Made by a program: the position numbers and the translations under genes
In this document: piece after piece, positions 38,494 to 48,914 of the stretch
How positions within the stretch are numbered: position 1 is the stretch's first letter
Layout of the letters: every line of letters starts with the position of its first letter
The notes under the pieces: generated by a model
Databases searched by the model: none
Seen by the model: the letters and a program-made list of their open reading frames with translations, nothing else
Told to the model about the DNA's origin: nothing
Assembly (NCBI GenBank): GCA_033763315.1
Contig: JANRKS010000005.1
Span: forward strand, 128,001 to 192,000
Origin: Deltaproteobacteria bacterium
Lineage (GTDB): Bacteria; Myxococcota_A; Polyangia; Fen-1088
Direction of reading: 5' to 3'
DNA length: 64,000 bases

Positions 38494-40205
38494 GCACGTT
38501 CACGTTGCTATCGCCGCAACGTTCACAGCCCGTGGCGGTGGGCGATGGCGGTGCCAAAACCGCTCTCGAACTTTTGGCTCTGGCGCGGGCCGTTGCCAAA
38601 GCGCTGCCGCCGTCATCGCAAACCAAGCAAGTGGCGGTGGTGTGCCAGGATCGATTCCATTTTGCCGGGGCTGTTTGCGGCGTGTGGATGGCGGGGCACG
38701 TGGTGGCGTTGCTGCCCAACGATCGGCCCGCGTTGGTGGCTCAGGTGCAGGCGGCGCACACGCTGTTGGCGGTGGTGGGTGACGGGCAGGTGGCCGCCAC
38801 CATCGACGTGGCTACGTTGCCGTTGGCGCAGCCAAAGGAGGAAGAGCTTTGCTTTGAAGGCACGCGCGTGGCGGCCTGCATCTATTCATCTGGCTCAACG
38901 GGTGCTCCGGTGGCCTACGACAAAACCTTCGCGCAATTGTTGGGTGAAGCGCAGGTCTTGGCCGGCCTGTTTTCTTTGGGCGAAGACGGCGTGCTGCCCA
39001 CGGTTCCCTGCCAACACATCTATGGGTTTTTGATGGGTGTGCTCGCGCCGCTGTTCGCGGGCGCGGCCTTTGTGCGACAAACGCCTTTGCATACAACACA
39101 CATCATGCAAACGCTGACACAAACGCATGCCACTGTGTTGGTTGCCTCGCCCGCTCACCTTAAGGGCCTGGCGATTTTGTGCGCCGACGGTCCGGTGAGC
39201 TTGCCTCGGCTGCGGCAGATCGTTTCGTCAGGCGCGCCCTTGCCGCCTCATGACGCCCAGGCATTGTCAAAGGGCATGGGTGTGGACGTGACTGAATTGT
39301 TTGGATCCACCGAAACCGGCGGCATCGGTTACCGCCGGCCTCCCGCTTCTGCGTGGCAGCCTTTGCCCGGGGTGAGCGTGGCCACCGCCGCGGGGTTGGG
39401 AATGGATCACCTGCCCGCCGAGCGATTGCTCGTGCGATCACCTCACGCATGCGGCGCCGAAGAAGGTTGGTTCATTACGCAGGACATGATCGCGCTGGCC
39501 GATGATGGCAGCTTTGTTCACCTCGGCCGCAGTGACAGCGTTGTGAAGGTGGGCGGGCGCCGTGTGGATCTGGAGGCACTTCGGCAAGCGTTGCTGCGTG
39601 TGCCAGGCGTGGCGGACGCAGCGGTCGTAGGATTATCGGCGCCGCCGCCGCGCGATCTGGAGATTGGCGCGATCGTGGTGGCCCCGGTGGTGACACTGCA
39701 ATCAATGCGGGCGGCGTTGTTGCAAACGTTTGATCCTGTGGCCCTGCCTCGGCGGTGGCGGTTCGTCGAAGCCTTGCCTCACAGCACCAGCGGCAAACTG
39801 CCCCGAGCCCAACTTGTTTCGCTGTTCACCCCACACCCCGAGGCCTCCTCGCGCATCGGGTGCGAGACGCGATCGTGCACCTATGATGAGCCGACTGGCA
39901 CGCATCACATCAGCATTTTTGTACCTGAACACGCGTGGTTCTTTGGCGGACACTTCGATCACAATCCCTTGGTGCCCGCCGTGGTGCAAGTCAATGACCT
40001 GGCGCTGGCTCATGCACATCATTTGCATACAGATCTGCCGCCCTTGCGTCAGGCGAGCCGGCTGAAGTTCAAACACCCGATTCGGCCCGGCGATCTGGTT
40101 CAACTCACCTTGTGCCGCAAAGGCAGCCAAGTGGTGTTTGCGATGCGTGTGGGCGGCGTTGATTGTAGTGGCGGTGTGCTTGAGTTCGCGGAGGCCGGCG
40201 CGTGA
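38490..40205 (+). CDS. AMP-dependent acyl-ACP synthetase fused to a hotdog dehydratase (ApeH-ApeI-like)
   Basis: YSSGSTGAP, HIYG, SSGAPL, FGSTETGG, GRSDSVVKVGG; C-terminal FGGHFDHNPLVPAVVQ..LKFKHPIRPG. Confidence 0.88.
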   Translation: MSTFTLLSPQRSQPVAVGDGGAKTALELLALARAVAKALPPSSQTKQVAVVCQDRFHFAGAVCGVWMAGHVVALLPNDRPALVAQVQAAHTLLAVVGDGQVAATIDVATLPLAQPKEEELCFEGTRVAACIYSSGSTGAPVAYDKTFAQLLGEAQVLAGLFSLGEDGVLPTVPCQHIYGFLMGVLAPLFAGAAFVRQTPLHTTHIMQTLTQTHATVLVASPAHLKGLAILCADGPVSLPRLRQIVSSGAPLPPHDAQALSKGMGVDVTELFGSTETGGIGYRRPPASAWQPLPGVSVATAAGLGMDHLPAERLLVRSPHACGAEEGWFITQDMIALADDGSFVHLGRSDSVVKVGGRRVDLEALRQALLRVPGVADAAVVGLSAPPPRDLEIGAIVVAPVVTLQSMRAALLQTFDPVALPRRWRFVEALPHSTSGKLPRAQLVSLFTPHPEASSRIGCETRSCTYDEPTGTHHISIFVPEHAWFFGGHFDHNPLVPAVVQVNDLALAHAHHLHTDLPPLRQASRLKFKHPIRPGDLVQLTLCRKGSQVVFAMRVGGVDCSGGVLEFAEAGA

Positions 40206-40957
40206 GTTTTCGCCCGTGCGTTGTGATCCCCACTTACAACAACCCCGCCACGATCGCGAAGGTGGTGAATGAGGCACGCACGTTTGTGACAGACGTGATT
40301 GTGGTGGACGATGGCAGTGGGACGGCGGGCCGCGAGGCCACCGCCGCGCTGGCAAACGGGGGCATCGCGCAGGTCATCCACAGGGCTGCAAATGGCGGCA
40401 AGGGCGCGGCGGTCAAAACGGGAATCGCCGCGGCCGCACAGCAAGGCTTCACGCACGTGTTGCAAGTGGACGCTGACGGGCAACACAATCTGGCAGATGT
40501 GCCCAGGTTTTTAGAGCAAGCCCGCGCGCAGCCTGAGGCGTTGATCTTGGGTGAGCCGCGCTTTGACGCCACGGCGCCGAAGGCGCGCTTGTGGGGCCGC
40601 AAGCTCACGAACTTTTGGGTTCACATCGAAACGGCAGGTCGTGTGATCGCCGATCCCATGTGCGGTTTTCGTGTGTATCCCGTGGCGGCGGCGATGGCTG
40701 TCCTCCCTCGCGCGCAGCGCATGGATTTCGATCCCGAGGTTGCGGTGCGCTTGGTGTGGCAGGGCTTGCGCGTGGTGAACGTTCCCACCTCGGTGCGCTA
40801 TCTTTCTGCCGCAGAAGGTGGCGTTTCACACTTTCAGATGGGTCGCGACAACCTCCGTATCAGTTGGATGCATACGCGTTTGGTGTTTGGCGCGCTGGTT
40901 CGTCTGCTGACCGGGCGCAAATTGAGGAGCGAAGCATGGCGCGCGCTGCGTGGCTGA
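40202..40957 (+). CDS. Glycosyltransferase family 2 (ApeJ N-terminal half)
   Basis: VIPTYN, VVDDGS, GKGAA, DADGQH, CGFRVYP, GVSHF. Confidence 0.9.
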   Translation: MSFRPCVVIPTYNNPATIAKVVNEARTFVTDVIVVDDGSGTAGREATAALANGGIAQVIHRAANGGKGAAVKTGIAAAAQQGFTHVLQVDADGQHNLADVPRFLEQARAQPEALILGEPRFDATAPKARLWGRKLTNFWVHIETAGRVIADPMCGFRVYPVAAAMAVLPRAQRMDFDPEVAVRLVWQGLRVVNVPTSVRYLSAAEGGVSHFQMGRDNLRISWMHTRLVFGALVRLLTGRKLRSEAWRALRG

Positions 40958-41856
40958 ACGTGCGTGAACAGGGCAGCGTGCTTGGCATGCGCGTGCTGCT
41001 GTTTTTGTGCACGTCGTTTGGCCGTCCGCCGGCGCGCCTGTTGCTAAGGCTGATCGCGCTTTACTATGCCCTAGCGGCACGTGAGGCACGTCGCGCGTCC
41101 TGCCGTTACTTGCAAGCGGTGGGCATGGTGCCTTCGTTCAAGAATGTGTACACGCACGTGCTGCGCTTTGCGGAGGTGAGCCTCGATCGGTTGTTCTTCC
41201 TGCGCGGTAACTTTGCGCCGTTCGTGGTGAATGCCACGGGCCAAGAACACATCCTGCGGCTGCGGCAAAACAACCGCGGGGCCATCTTGCTTGGCGCCCA
41301 CCTTGGCAGCTTTGAAGCGATGCGGGCCGCGGGCAAAGATTTGCAAGCTCGCATCAATATCGTTGGTTACTTCGGCAACGCTCGCGCGGTGAACCGCCTG
41401 TTGGATCAAGGCAGCGGGGGCAACGTGGGCACGCGGCTCTTGGAGATCACGCCGGACTCGATTGACTTCATCTTCAAGGCGAAGGATCTGCTGGAAAAAG
41501 GCGAGATGCTGGCCATCTTGGGCGATCGCGTGGTGTCCAACCACGTGACGGAGGTGATGTTCTTCGGACGCAAGGCGCGGTTTCCCACGGGGCCCTTTGT
41601 TTTGGCCGCCAGCCTCAAGTGCCCGGTGTATCTCACGTTTGGGCTCTATTTCCCGCCCAACCGGTATGAGCTTCATTGCGAACCTTTCGCAGAATCCGTG
41701 CAGGTGCCGCGGGGCCGGCGGGCCGAAGCGTTGCAGGCGTACGTGCAAGCCTATGCGTTGCGCCTTGAGCATTATTGCCGGCAGGCCCCCTACAATTGGT
41801 TTAACTTCTTTCCCTTCTGGAGTGACGACAATGCCGACGACAGAGCTGACACCTGA
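40936..41856 (+). CDS. LpxL-like acyltransferase (ApeJ C-terminal half)
   Basis: AHLGSFE, LGDR, FPTGPF, PYNWFNFFPFW. Confidence 0.85.
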   Translation: MARAAWLNVREQGSVLGMRVLLFLCTSFGRPPARLLLRLIALYYALAAREARRASCRYLQAVGMVPSFKNVYTHVLRFAEVSLDRLFFLRGNFAPFVVNATGQEHILRLRQNNRGAILLGAHLGSFEAMRAAGKDLQARINIVGYFGNARAVNRLLDQGSGGNVGTRLLEITPDSIDFIFKAKDLLEKGEMLAILGDRVVSNHVTEVMFFGRKARFPTGPFVLAASLKCPVYLTFGLYFPPNRYELHCEPFAESVQVPRGRRAEALQAYVQAYALRLEHYCRQAPYNWFNFFPFWSDDNADDRADT

Positions 41857-43378
41857 TCGCGCCCCCGTGGTTGTGGGCGAACGCCCGTTGACCATCGAAG
41901 ACGTGATCGACCTGTCGCGTGGCAAAGCGCGTGCTGTGTTGGACGCAAGCCCCACGTATCTGGCGCGCGTTGAGCGCAGCCATCACTTGTTGACGGAGGC
42001 GTCGCTCTTAGGGAAGCCGATCTATGGCGTCAACACCGGCTTTGGCGTTTCGTGTGAAGTGGGCGTGGACGCCGACTGGATGGCACGCATGCCGATCAAC
42101 TTGGTGCGGTTTCACGGCTGCGGCGTGGGCGAGCCGCTCTCGGTGCAAGACAGCGCGGCCGTCGTGGCCGTGCGTTTGGCCAGCCTCGCGCGCGGTCATT
42201 CGGGTGTGCGCGTTGCGCTTTTGCAGCGCTTCGTTGATCTCCTGAACAATGGCATCGTGCCCCGCATCCCGTCGCAAGGTTCCGTGGGTGCCAGCGGCGA
42301 TCTGACGCCGCTTTCATATGTGGCGGCGGTGATCATGGGTGAGCGTGAAGCGTATTACCGCGGCAACTTGATGCCCGCGGGTCAAGCGTTGGCGTTGGCT
42401 GGCTTGACGCCCTTTGTGTTCGAGCCGAAGGAAAGCCTGGCGATCATGAACGGCACTAGCGTGATGACGGCGCTCGCGTGTGCCGCCATCGTTTCTGCCG
42501 AGCGTCTGTGCCGCCTCGCGGCCGCATGCACCGCGATGTTGTGTGAAGTGACCAACGGCAACCCATCACACTTTCACGAACGCATTTTTGCTTTAAAGCC
42601 GCATCCCGGGCAAACGCTGGCCGCGCGTTGGATTCGGGACGATCTGGAGGGCGCCCCCGCCACCAATGAGGGGCCACGCGTTCAGGACCGATACTCGCTG
42701 CGGTGCGCGCCCCACGTGATTGGCGTGGCGCTCGATACACTCACGTTTGTGCGGCAGTGGGTGCAAACGGAGATCAACGGCGTTAATGACAACCCCATCC
42801 TCGATCCCGAATCGGGAGAGGTTTTGATGGGGGGGAACTTCTATGGTGGCCACGTGGGGCAAGCCATGGACGCGCTTAAAACAGCGGTGGCCAGCGTGTG
42901 TGATTTGATGGATCGGCAACTCTTGTTGTTATGTGATCCACAAGCCAATGGCGGCCTGCCGCGCGATTTGGTGGCGCCAGTTGGGGCGGCCGCCACCGCA
43001 AACTTTGGCTTCAAGGCGATGCAGATCCTCACGTCAGCTTTGGCGGCAGAGGCACTGAAGTTGACGATGCCCGCCACGGCTTTTAGCCGCAGCACCGAAG
43101 GTCACAACCAAGATAAGGTCAGCATGGGCACGATCGCGGCGCGTGATTGCCAATCCATTGTGAGCCTCACCGAAACCTGTGCGGCGGCTTTGGTCTTGGC
43201 GCTGTGTCAGGCGGTGGACGTGCGCTGCAAATCGCCTGTTCGCGTGAGCACGCGTGCGCTTCACAAGTTCGTGCGGCAGCACATTCAAGCCGTTGATCAA
43301 GATCGCGGCATGGAAGCGGACATCCACGCGGTTGTGCGGTGGCTGCGCAACGATGAACTTCCGTTGGGGGCACCGTGA
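41831..43378 (+). CDS. MIO-dependent aromatic amino acid ammonia-lyase (HAL/PAL/TAL family)
   Basis: YGVNTGFG, GSVGASGDL (ASG), KESLAIMNGT, QDRYSLRC, NDNP, GGNF, HNQDKVSMG. Confidence 0.92.
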   Translation: MPTTELTPDRAPVVVGERPLTIEDVIDLSRGKARAVLDASPTYLARVERSHHLLTEASLLGKPIYGVNTGFGVSCEVGVDADWMARMPINLVRFHGCGVGEPLSVQDSAAVVAVRLASLARGHSGVRVALLQRFVDLLNNGIVPRIPSQGSVGASGDLTPLSYVAAVIMGEREAYYRGNLMPAGQALALAGLTPFVFEPKESLAIMNGTSVMTALACAAIVSAERLCRLAAACTAMLCEVTNGNPSHFHERIFALKPHPGQTLAARWIRDDLEGAPATNEGPRVQDRYSLRCAPHVIGVALDTLTFVRQWVQTEINGVNDNPILDPESGEVLMGGNFYGGHVGQAMDALKTAVASVCDLMDRQLLLLCDPQANGGLPRDLVAPVGAAATANFGFKAMQILTSALAAEALKLTMPATAFSRSTEGHNQDKVSMGTIAARDCQSIVSLTETCAAALVLALCQAVDVRCKSPVRVSTRALHKFVRQHIQAVDQDRGMEADIHAVVRWLRNDELPLGAP

Positions 43379-44007
43379 TCAATTTTGCGCTTAGACTGCT
43401 ATTGATGATCGGCACGCCCGACGCAGGCGCCGCGGCCACGTGCCCGGCCAACGTGCCCGCACTGCTGAAGGGCTTCGCCGCCGTTACGAACATATCCGTA
43501 GATTTCGTGGAAGAAAAGCACGTCGCGTTGCTGAAAAGGCCGCTGGTGAACAAGGGGACCGTGGTGTTCGCGGCGCCCGATCAGCTGGTGCGGCGGGTGG
43601 ACGCGCCCGTGCCCACGGCGGTGTGGATTAAAGGCGGCTCGCTGTGGATGCGAGACGCGCATGGCAGCAAACTTGTGGATGTTGCCCAATGGGGTCCAGC
43701 GAACGTTCTGATCAACAGCTTTCTCTACGTTCTGCAAGGAGACACGGCGAGTCTGCAGCAGCACTATGAGATGTCGCTCGCGTGTGCGGGCACCACGTGG
43801 CACCTAACGTTGATTCCCCGGCAACCCGATCTGCGCAAAGTCCTGCAACGTTTAGAGATCAATGGTGCAGGCCCCGACGTCACGCAATTGTCGCTGCTTG
43901 ATGGAAACGGTGACCTTTCAGTCACTCGGTTTGGCAAACCAAACAAGGCCGTGCGCCATTCGCCCGCGCAATTGCAACAGTTCTTTGCGTCCCCCGCGAG
44001 CCGGTGA
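43375..44007 (+). CDS. LolA-like carrier protein (ApeL-like)
   Basis: FVEEKHVALLKRPLVNKG, WHLTLIP; position in the cluster. Confidence 0.8.
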   Translation: MINFALRLLLMIGTPDAGAAATCPANVPALLKGFAAVTNISVDFVEEKHVALLKRPLVNKGTVVFAAPDQLVRRVDAPVPTAVWIKGGSLWMRDAHGSKLVDVAQWGPANVLINSFLYVLQGDTASLQQHYEMSLACAGTTWHLTLIPRQPDLRKVLQRLEINGAGPDVTQLSLLDGNGDLSVTRFGKPNKAVRHSPAQLQQFFASPASR

Positions 44008-46355
44008 TGCGCGCATGGGTTCTTCTCAGCGCGGCGGTTGTGGTGGCCATGGGTGCCTACACCTCGCGCTCGTTGAAGCTGACCACGGAGCTAGAGTACT
44101 TCCTGCCGGAAGGCACAGGCGAATCGCGACTGGACAGCGATGTTCTGCGATCGCTTTCGCAGTCGTCGTTGTCGCGGCGCATGGCCTTCTTGGTGTGTGC
44201 GCCAACGGATGCACAAGCGATTGCCGCCACGCAAGCGTTGCAACGGGCACTCGGCGCGTTGCCCGTGGACGTGGCTTCCAACACGGTGGCGGGGCAGTGG
44301 CTTGTGAAGGCGCTGTTTGATCATCGTTATCATTTTGCCTCTGACACGCCCGAATCTGAATTGCCGGAGCTGTTTGCTCCCGCGGGCTTGATGGCGGCGG
44401 TCGTTGGCTTGAAGGACGCCCTGGCGTCCCCTGCGGGCGCGTTGGTGCGTGGGGTTGCCCCGCGCGATCCGTTGCTGCTTTCACAGCGCTCGGTGCAACG
44501 CCTAAGTGCCCTCAACAAAGCGAAGCTGCGCATGCAAGACGGTGCGTTGCTGGCGCCCGAAGCGCCGTGTGGTGTGGTGTTCGCTCTTAGCCAAGCGGCG
44601 GCGTTCGATGGCAAAGCCCAAACGCATCTGTGGACGCGGATCGATCAGGCGCTGGCGCGGCTGCGCTTAGCCCACCCCAGCGCCACCATCCGCTCCTCCG
44701 CCTTGTCGCGCCATGCGGTGGCGGCGGAAAAAAGCATGCGGCGAGATGTCACGCGCGTCTCGGTGGTGTCGACGGTTGCCATTTTGTTGCTGCTGTGGCT
44801 CACGTTTACCCGGGCGCGCTACCTCGCGCTGTTGCCGTTGCCACTTGTGGCAGGCTTCGTGGCCGGAACGTTCGCTTGCCTCGCTGCCTTTGGCCGCGTT
44901 CATGCGATGACGTTCGCGTTTGGTTCATCGCTGATTGGCGTGTGCATCGATTACCCGATTCATCTTGTGAACCACCTTGTGCTGACCCGCGTGGGAGAGA
45001 AGACGTCGATTCGGCACGTGCTTGTGGCGCTGTTGCTGGGCTGTGTGACCACGGCTTTGGGCCTGGGTGGGCTGGGCTGGGGCGGCTTGCCGGGCCTGCG
45101 CGAGATTGCGGTGTTTGGCGCTGTGGGTGTAACGGCGGCTTTCATCACAACCATCCTGTGGCTTCCCGGCGTGGTGGGCGCAAGCACACCGCGGCACCAA
45201 CGGGCGGCAGCGTTTTCGGGCGCCCTTTTGACCCGCGCGCTTGCGCACCCGAAAGCGAACGTTGCGGTGCTGTTGGTGACGGGGCTTGCGTGTGTGATTG
45301 GTTTGCGCGGGCTGCAATGGCAAGACGATCCACAGAAGCTCACGGTTCTCGACCCTGCCTTGGAACGTGAAGACGCGCATGTTCGCTCTGTGGCGCTGGG
45401 GCAGGAGGGATCTGATTTTATTGTGCTGCTGTCGCGGGAAGATGAGCAGGGCAGTTTGCAAGCCAATGATGCGCTGGCTGTGACGTTGTTGGAGGCCACG
45501 GCCGCGGGTGAGGTGCAAGCGTTCGCGTCGCTGCACAACGTGATCTGGTCCGAATCACTGCAGATGCGCAATGTGGCGGTCGCACACAAGCATCTGAACG
45601 AGAAGGCGATCGCTGAGGCGCTTGCTGCACAAGATTTTGAAGCCGGCGCTTTTTTGCCGTTTGGCAGCGATGGTCATGATCTGGCGCAACCGCCGTTGCG
45701 TTTGGCAGATCTGCCGAGGCACGTCTACGATACCTTCGTTGCGCCGTGGTTCGTGCATTTGCCTGATGGCCGGTTGGGCTTGCTCACGCGCTTGACGAAC
45801 GTCAAAGACGCGGGCGCGCTTGCACGGCGGATCGCGAAGGTGCCAGGCGCTCGCTATGTGAACGTTGCGCAGTTTCGATCGCAGGCCTACGCTGGCTTCC
45901 GCGGCCGAATGGTGTCGTTGCTCGCCGTTGGGCTCGTTCTTGTGGTGGTGCTTCTGCTGGTGGTCTACCGCGATTGGCGGCTGGTCTTGTGCGCGTTTGG
46001 CCCTGCGGTTGCCTCGGCATTGTTCGCCACGGCGCTGCTTGGCTTGCTGGGCCGGCCGTTGAATCTGATGCACGTCATGGGCCTCTTGCTCGTGTTGAGT
46101 ATGGGGGTCGACTACGGCATCTTTGTCGTTGAAAGCATGAAAAGCGGCGCGCCCCTCGCGCCCCCGGCGTTAAGCGTTGGCATGGCGTGTGTATCAACGG
46201 TGTTGTCGTTCGGTTTGCTTGCGCTTTCGTCTTCACCCGCCTTGCAGGCCGTGGGCGAAACCATCGGCATCGGCATCGTCGCGGCGATGGTTCTGTCGGT
46301 CGCGCTCGCGTCTGTATTTTTGCCACACCTTGCGCGTGTCAAAGTGCCCTCATGA
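44004..46355 (+). CDS. MMPL/RND-family exporter (ApeM-like)
   Basis: FGSSLIGVCIDY and SMGVDYGIF repeats; LSFGLLALS. Confidence 0.88.
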   Translation: MMRAWVLLSAAVVVAMGAYTSRSLKLTTELEYFLPEGTGESRLDSDVLRSLSQSSLSRRMAFLVCAPTDAQAIAATQALQRALGALPVDVASNTVAGQWLVKALFDHRYHFASDTPESELPELFAPAGLMAAVVGLKDALASPAGALVRGVAPRDPLLLSQRSVQRLSALNKAKLRMQDGALLAPEAPCGVVFALSQAAAFDGKAQTHLWTRIDQALARLRLAHPSATIRSSALSRHAVAAEKSMRRDVTRVSVVSTVAILLLLWLTFTRARYLALLPLPLVAGFVAGTFACLAAFGRVHAMTFAFGSSLIGVCIDYPIHLVNHLVLTRVGEKTSIRHVLVALLLGCVTTALGLGGLGWGGLPGLREIAVFGAVGVTAAFITTILWLPGVVGASTPRHQRAAAFSGALLTRALAHPKANVAVLLVTGLACVIGLRGLQWQDDPQKLTVLDPALEREDAHVRSVALGQEGSDFIVLLSREDEQGSLQANDALAVTLLEATAAGEVQAFASLHNVIWSESLQMRNVAVAHKHLNEKAIAEALAAQDFEAGAFLPFGSDGHDLAQPPLRLADLPRHVYDTFVAPWFVHLPDGRLGLLTRLTNVKDAGALARRIAKVPGARYVNVAQFRSQAYAGFRGRMVSLLAVGLVLVVVLLLVVYRDWRLVLCAFGPAVASALFATALLGLLGRPLNLMHVMGLLLVLSMGVDYGIFVVESMKSGAPLAPPALSVGMACVSTVLSFGLLALSSSPALQAVGETIGIGIVAAMVLSVALASVFLPHLARVKVPS

Positions 46356-46972
46356 AGCGATGGTTGTTTGTGTTCTTCTGGCTGTGGTCATGCGCGGCGC
46401 CGCAAAACCGCGCCTCCAAGTCCGATGTGCCGCCTGAGAGCTTTGTGAATATGGCCGACGTGCCGTGGAACTTTGAGTGGCGGCAAACCATTAAAGCCGA
46501 CTATCCCAACCCGAAGCAGCCAGGCACACGTGAGGCGGCAACGCTTGAGGTCGTTCTGCAGAAGCAGGGCAATGTCCTAACGATGGTGGGCTTGACGCCG
46601 ATGGGCACACGCGCGTTCGTGGCGCGACAGCAGGGCGTCACTGTCACAAGTGACACGCAACCCAATAAATTGCCGTTCCCGGCAGCGTTGGTGTTCTTGG
46701 ACGTCAACCGCAGCTTGTTCGTGGGCATTGGGCCCACGGCTTTGGCCAACGGTTGGCATACCCAGAGCAGCCACGGCGTGGACATCAAGGATCTGTGGCG
46801 AGGCGGCTTGCTGATCGATCGCGAGATGTTCGATGCGCAGTTCAACAGCAAACTCAGCATTCGTTACAGCCCGGGTTACAAAGCCGGCATGGCGCCAGAC
46901 ACCCTGGTTCTAACCAACCATCGCTTCGGCTACAGCCTCACGATCAAGACGCTGGAGGCCGCGGCACTCTAG
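46352..46972 (+). CDS. DUF3261-like lipoprotein (ApeN-like)
   Basis: Lipobox LWSC; VGLTPMGTRAF; YSLTIKTL C-terminus. Confidence 0.7.
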   Translation: MKRWLFVFFWLWSCAAPQNRASKSDVPPESFVNMADVPWNFEWRQTIKADYPNPKQPGTREAATLEVVLQKQGNVLTMVGLTPMGTRAFVARQQGVTVTSDTQPNKLPFPAALVFLDVNRSLFVGIGPTALANGWHTQSSHGVDIKDLWRGGLLIDREMFDAQFNSKLSIRYSPGYKAGMAPDTLVLTNHRFGYSLTIKTLEAAAL

Positions 46973-48192
46973 ACGCGCTTCAAGATGAGCGACGTGTTGA
47001 TGCCACCAAACGCGAAGTTGTTGGTCATCACAACATTCACCTTCTGTTCGCGCGGCTCATGCTTGATGTAATTCAGCGGCGCGCACAAAGGATCCAACTC
47101 TAGTAAGTTGCGTGTTTGCGGAACAAAGTTGTGTGCCATGGTGGCGATGCCGAAGATGGCTTCGATGGCTCCGCAACCGCCAAGCGTGTGGCCCGTGTGA
47201 CCCTTGGTGGAGCTAAACGGTACCTTATCACCCAAGGTCGCAAGCGCCGCCGCCGTTTCGGCTCGATCGCCCGCGTCGGTGCCCGTGCCGTGCGCGTTGA
47301 CGTAATCGATCGCTTCGGGCGCCATGCCAGCGCTTTGCAACGCCAGGCGAATGACGCCAGCCATGCCCTCGGCCGAAGGAGCCGTGACATGCGTGCCATC
47401 GCAGTTGGTGCCATAGCCCACGACTTCGGCGTGAATGCGCGCGCCCCGTTTGCGGGCGTGCTCGTATTCCTCAAGGATCAACGTGCCAGCGCCTTCGCCC
47501 ACCACCAAACCATCGCGTTGTTTGTCGAAGGGGCGCGGGCTGAGATCGGGCTCTTCATTCCACTTGGTGGATGTGGCAAACATGATGTCGAACACACCGG
47601 CGTGCACGAAGTGCATCTCCTCCGCGCCACCGCACAACACCACGTCTTGCCAGCCGGCCCGAATCGCATCGAAGCCATACCCGATGGCCATGCTCGCGCT
47701 GGCACAGGCAGCCACGGTGGGCTGCACGCGGCCGCGGATGCCATAATGCTGCGCCAAATTTGCCACGCAGGTGTGGCCCATGAACTTGAGGTACGAAGTG
47801 CCGGGAATGCCGCGCAGGCCATCGTTTGCAAACAAAGTGCGTGTGAATGATTCAAGCTCGGCCGAAGAGCCGTGGGTTGAGCCATACGCCAGTCCCACCG
47901 ACCCAGACGTCAGCAGTTCCGTTGGCAAACCACTGTCGGCCAACGCTTGATCGGTTGCATAAAGCGAGAGCACGCTCACGCGCCCCATCGAGCGCGTGAC
48001 TTTGCGAGGGTAATCCCACGGATCGTTTTTGATCGGTGCGGCCAAGCGCGTGCGCAAATTGCCAACGCTTTCCCACTGCGGCATCGTGACGATGCCATGC
48101 CGTGAATTCTGCAAGGCCGCTGTGACATCAGCCAGGTTGTGCCCAATGGGCGATACCAGCCCAAGCCCTGTGACCACCACCCGCCGGGTCAT
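46969..48192 (-). CDS. Beta-ketoacyl-ACP synthase (ApeR-like)
   Basis: RRVVVTG, ACAS (Cys), NAHGTGT, KGHTGHTLG, NNFAFGG. Confidence 0.92.
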   Translation of the reverse strand: MTRRVVVTGLGLVSPIGHNLADVTAALQNSRHGIVTMPQWESVGNLRTRLAAPIKNDPWDYPRKVTRSMGRVSVLSLYATDQALADSGLPTELLTSGSVGLAYGSTHGSSAELESFTRTLFANDGLRGIPGTSYLKFMGHTCVANLAQHYGIRGRVQPTVAACASASMAIGYGFDAIRAGWQDVVLCGGAEEMHFVHAGVFDIMFATSTKWNEEPDLSPRPFDKQRDGLVVGEGAGTLILEEYEHARKRGARIHAEVVGYGTNCDGTHVTAPSAEGMAGVIRLALQSAGMAPEAIDYVNAHGTGTDAGDRAETAAALATLGDKVPFSSTKGHTGHTLGGCGAIEAIFGIATMAHNFVPQTRNLLELDPLCAPLNYIKHEPREQKVNVVMTNNFAFGGINTSLILKRV

Positions 48193-48914
48193 GCCAACCC
48201 ACCATTGATGGAGACCACTTGTCCCGTGATATAGGCGGCATCGTCGCTTGCCAAAAAACGCACAAGCTTGGCCACTTCGTGTGGCTGCCCCACACGGCGC
48301 AATGGAATCATCTTCGTGATCTCCTCAAGCGGCGCATCCACGATCATGTCAGTTTCGATGAGCCCGGGCGCCACGGCATTCACGGTGATGTGCCGCTTTC
48401 CCAACTCTTTCGCCAGCGATTTAACGGCGCCGATCAATCCGGCTTTTGCCGCCGCATAATTGACTTGGCCCCGGTTGCCGGTGACGCCAGATACAGATGA
48501 GATGGCGATGATGCGACCCCAGCGGCGACGCGCCATCGGCATGACCAAAGGCTGCGTGACATTGAAGAAGCCATCCAAGCTTGTGCGCGTGACTGACGTC
48601 CAATCGCTTGCTGTCAGCGCGGGGAAGGGCTTATCGGCCGCGATGCCCGCGTTGTTGATGATCACGCCAATGTCGCGCCCCTCCTTGATCCAAACGTTGA
48701 TCGCTGCATGGGTCGCGTCCGCATCGGCCACATCGAAACAAGCAAGCTCGGCTTGGCCACCAGCGGCCGCGATCTGTGCCTGTACGGCCTGGGCGGCTTC
48801 AGCGCTGCTGCGGTAATTGAGGATCACCGGATGGCCAGCGGCCGCGAGCTCACGCGCAATGGCGGCGCCAATGCCCCGACTGGCACCCGTGACCAACGCC
48901 CACGGGCGGCTCAC
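48189..48914 (-). CDS. fabG: 3-oxoacyl-ACP reductase (ApeQ-like)
   Basis: TGASRGIG, NNAG, GNRGQVNYAAAK. Confidence 0.92.
   Translation of the reverse strand: MSRPWALVTGASRGIGAAIARELAAAGHPVILNYRSSAEAAQAVQAQIAAAGGQAELACFDVADADATHAAINVWIKEGRDIGVIINNAGIAADKPFPALTASDWTSVTRTSLDGFFNVTQPLVMPMARRRWGRIIAISSVSGVTGNRGQVNYAAAKAGLIGAVKSLAKELGKRHITVNAVAPGLIETDMIVDAPLEEITKMIPLRRVGQPHEVAKLVRFLASDDAAYITGQVVSINGGLA

Noticed and set aside
40936-40957. Frameshift splitting an apeJ fusion
   Set aside because: The second gene has its own GAGGAG RBS and ATG and both halves look complete, so it reads as a natural split.
41831-43378. hutH of histidine catabolism
   Set aside because: No hutU/I/G nearby, it is embedded in the PKS operon, and it lacks the Ser-His pair.
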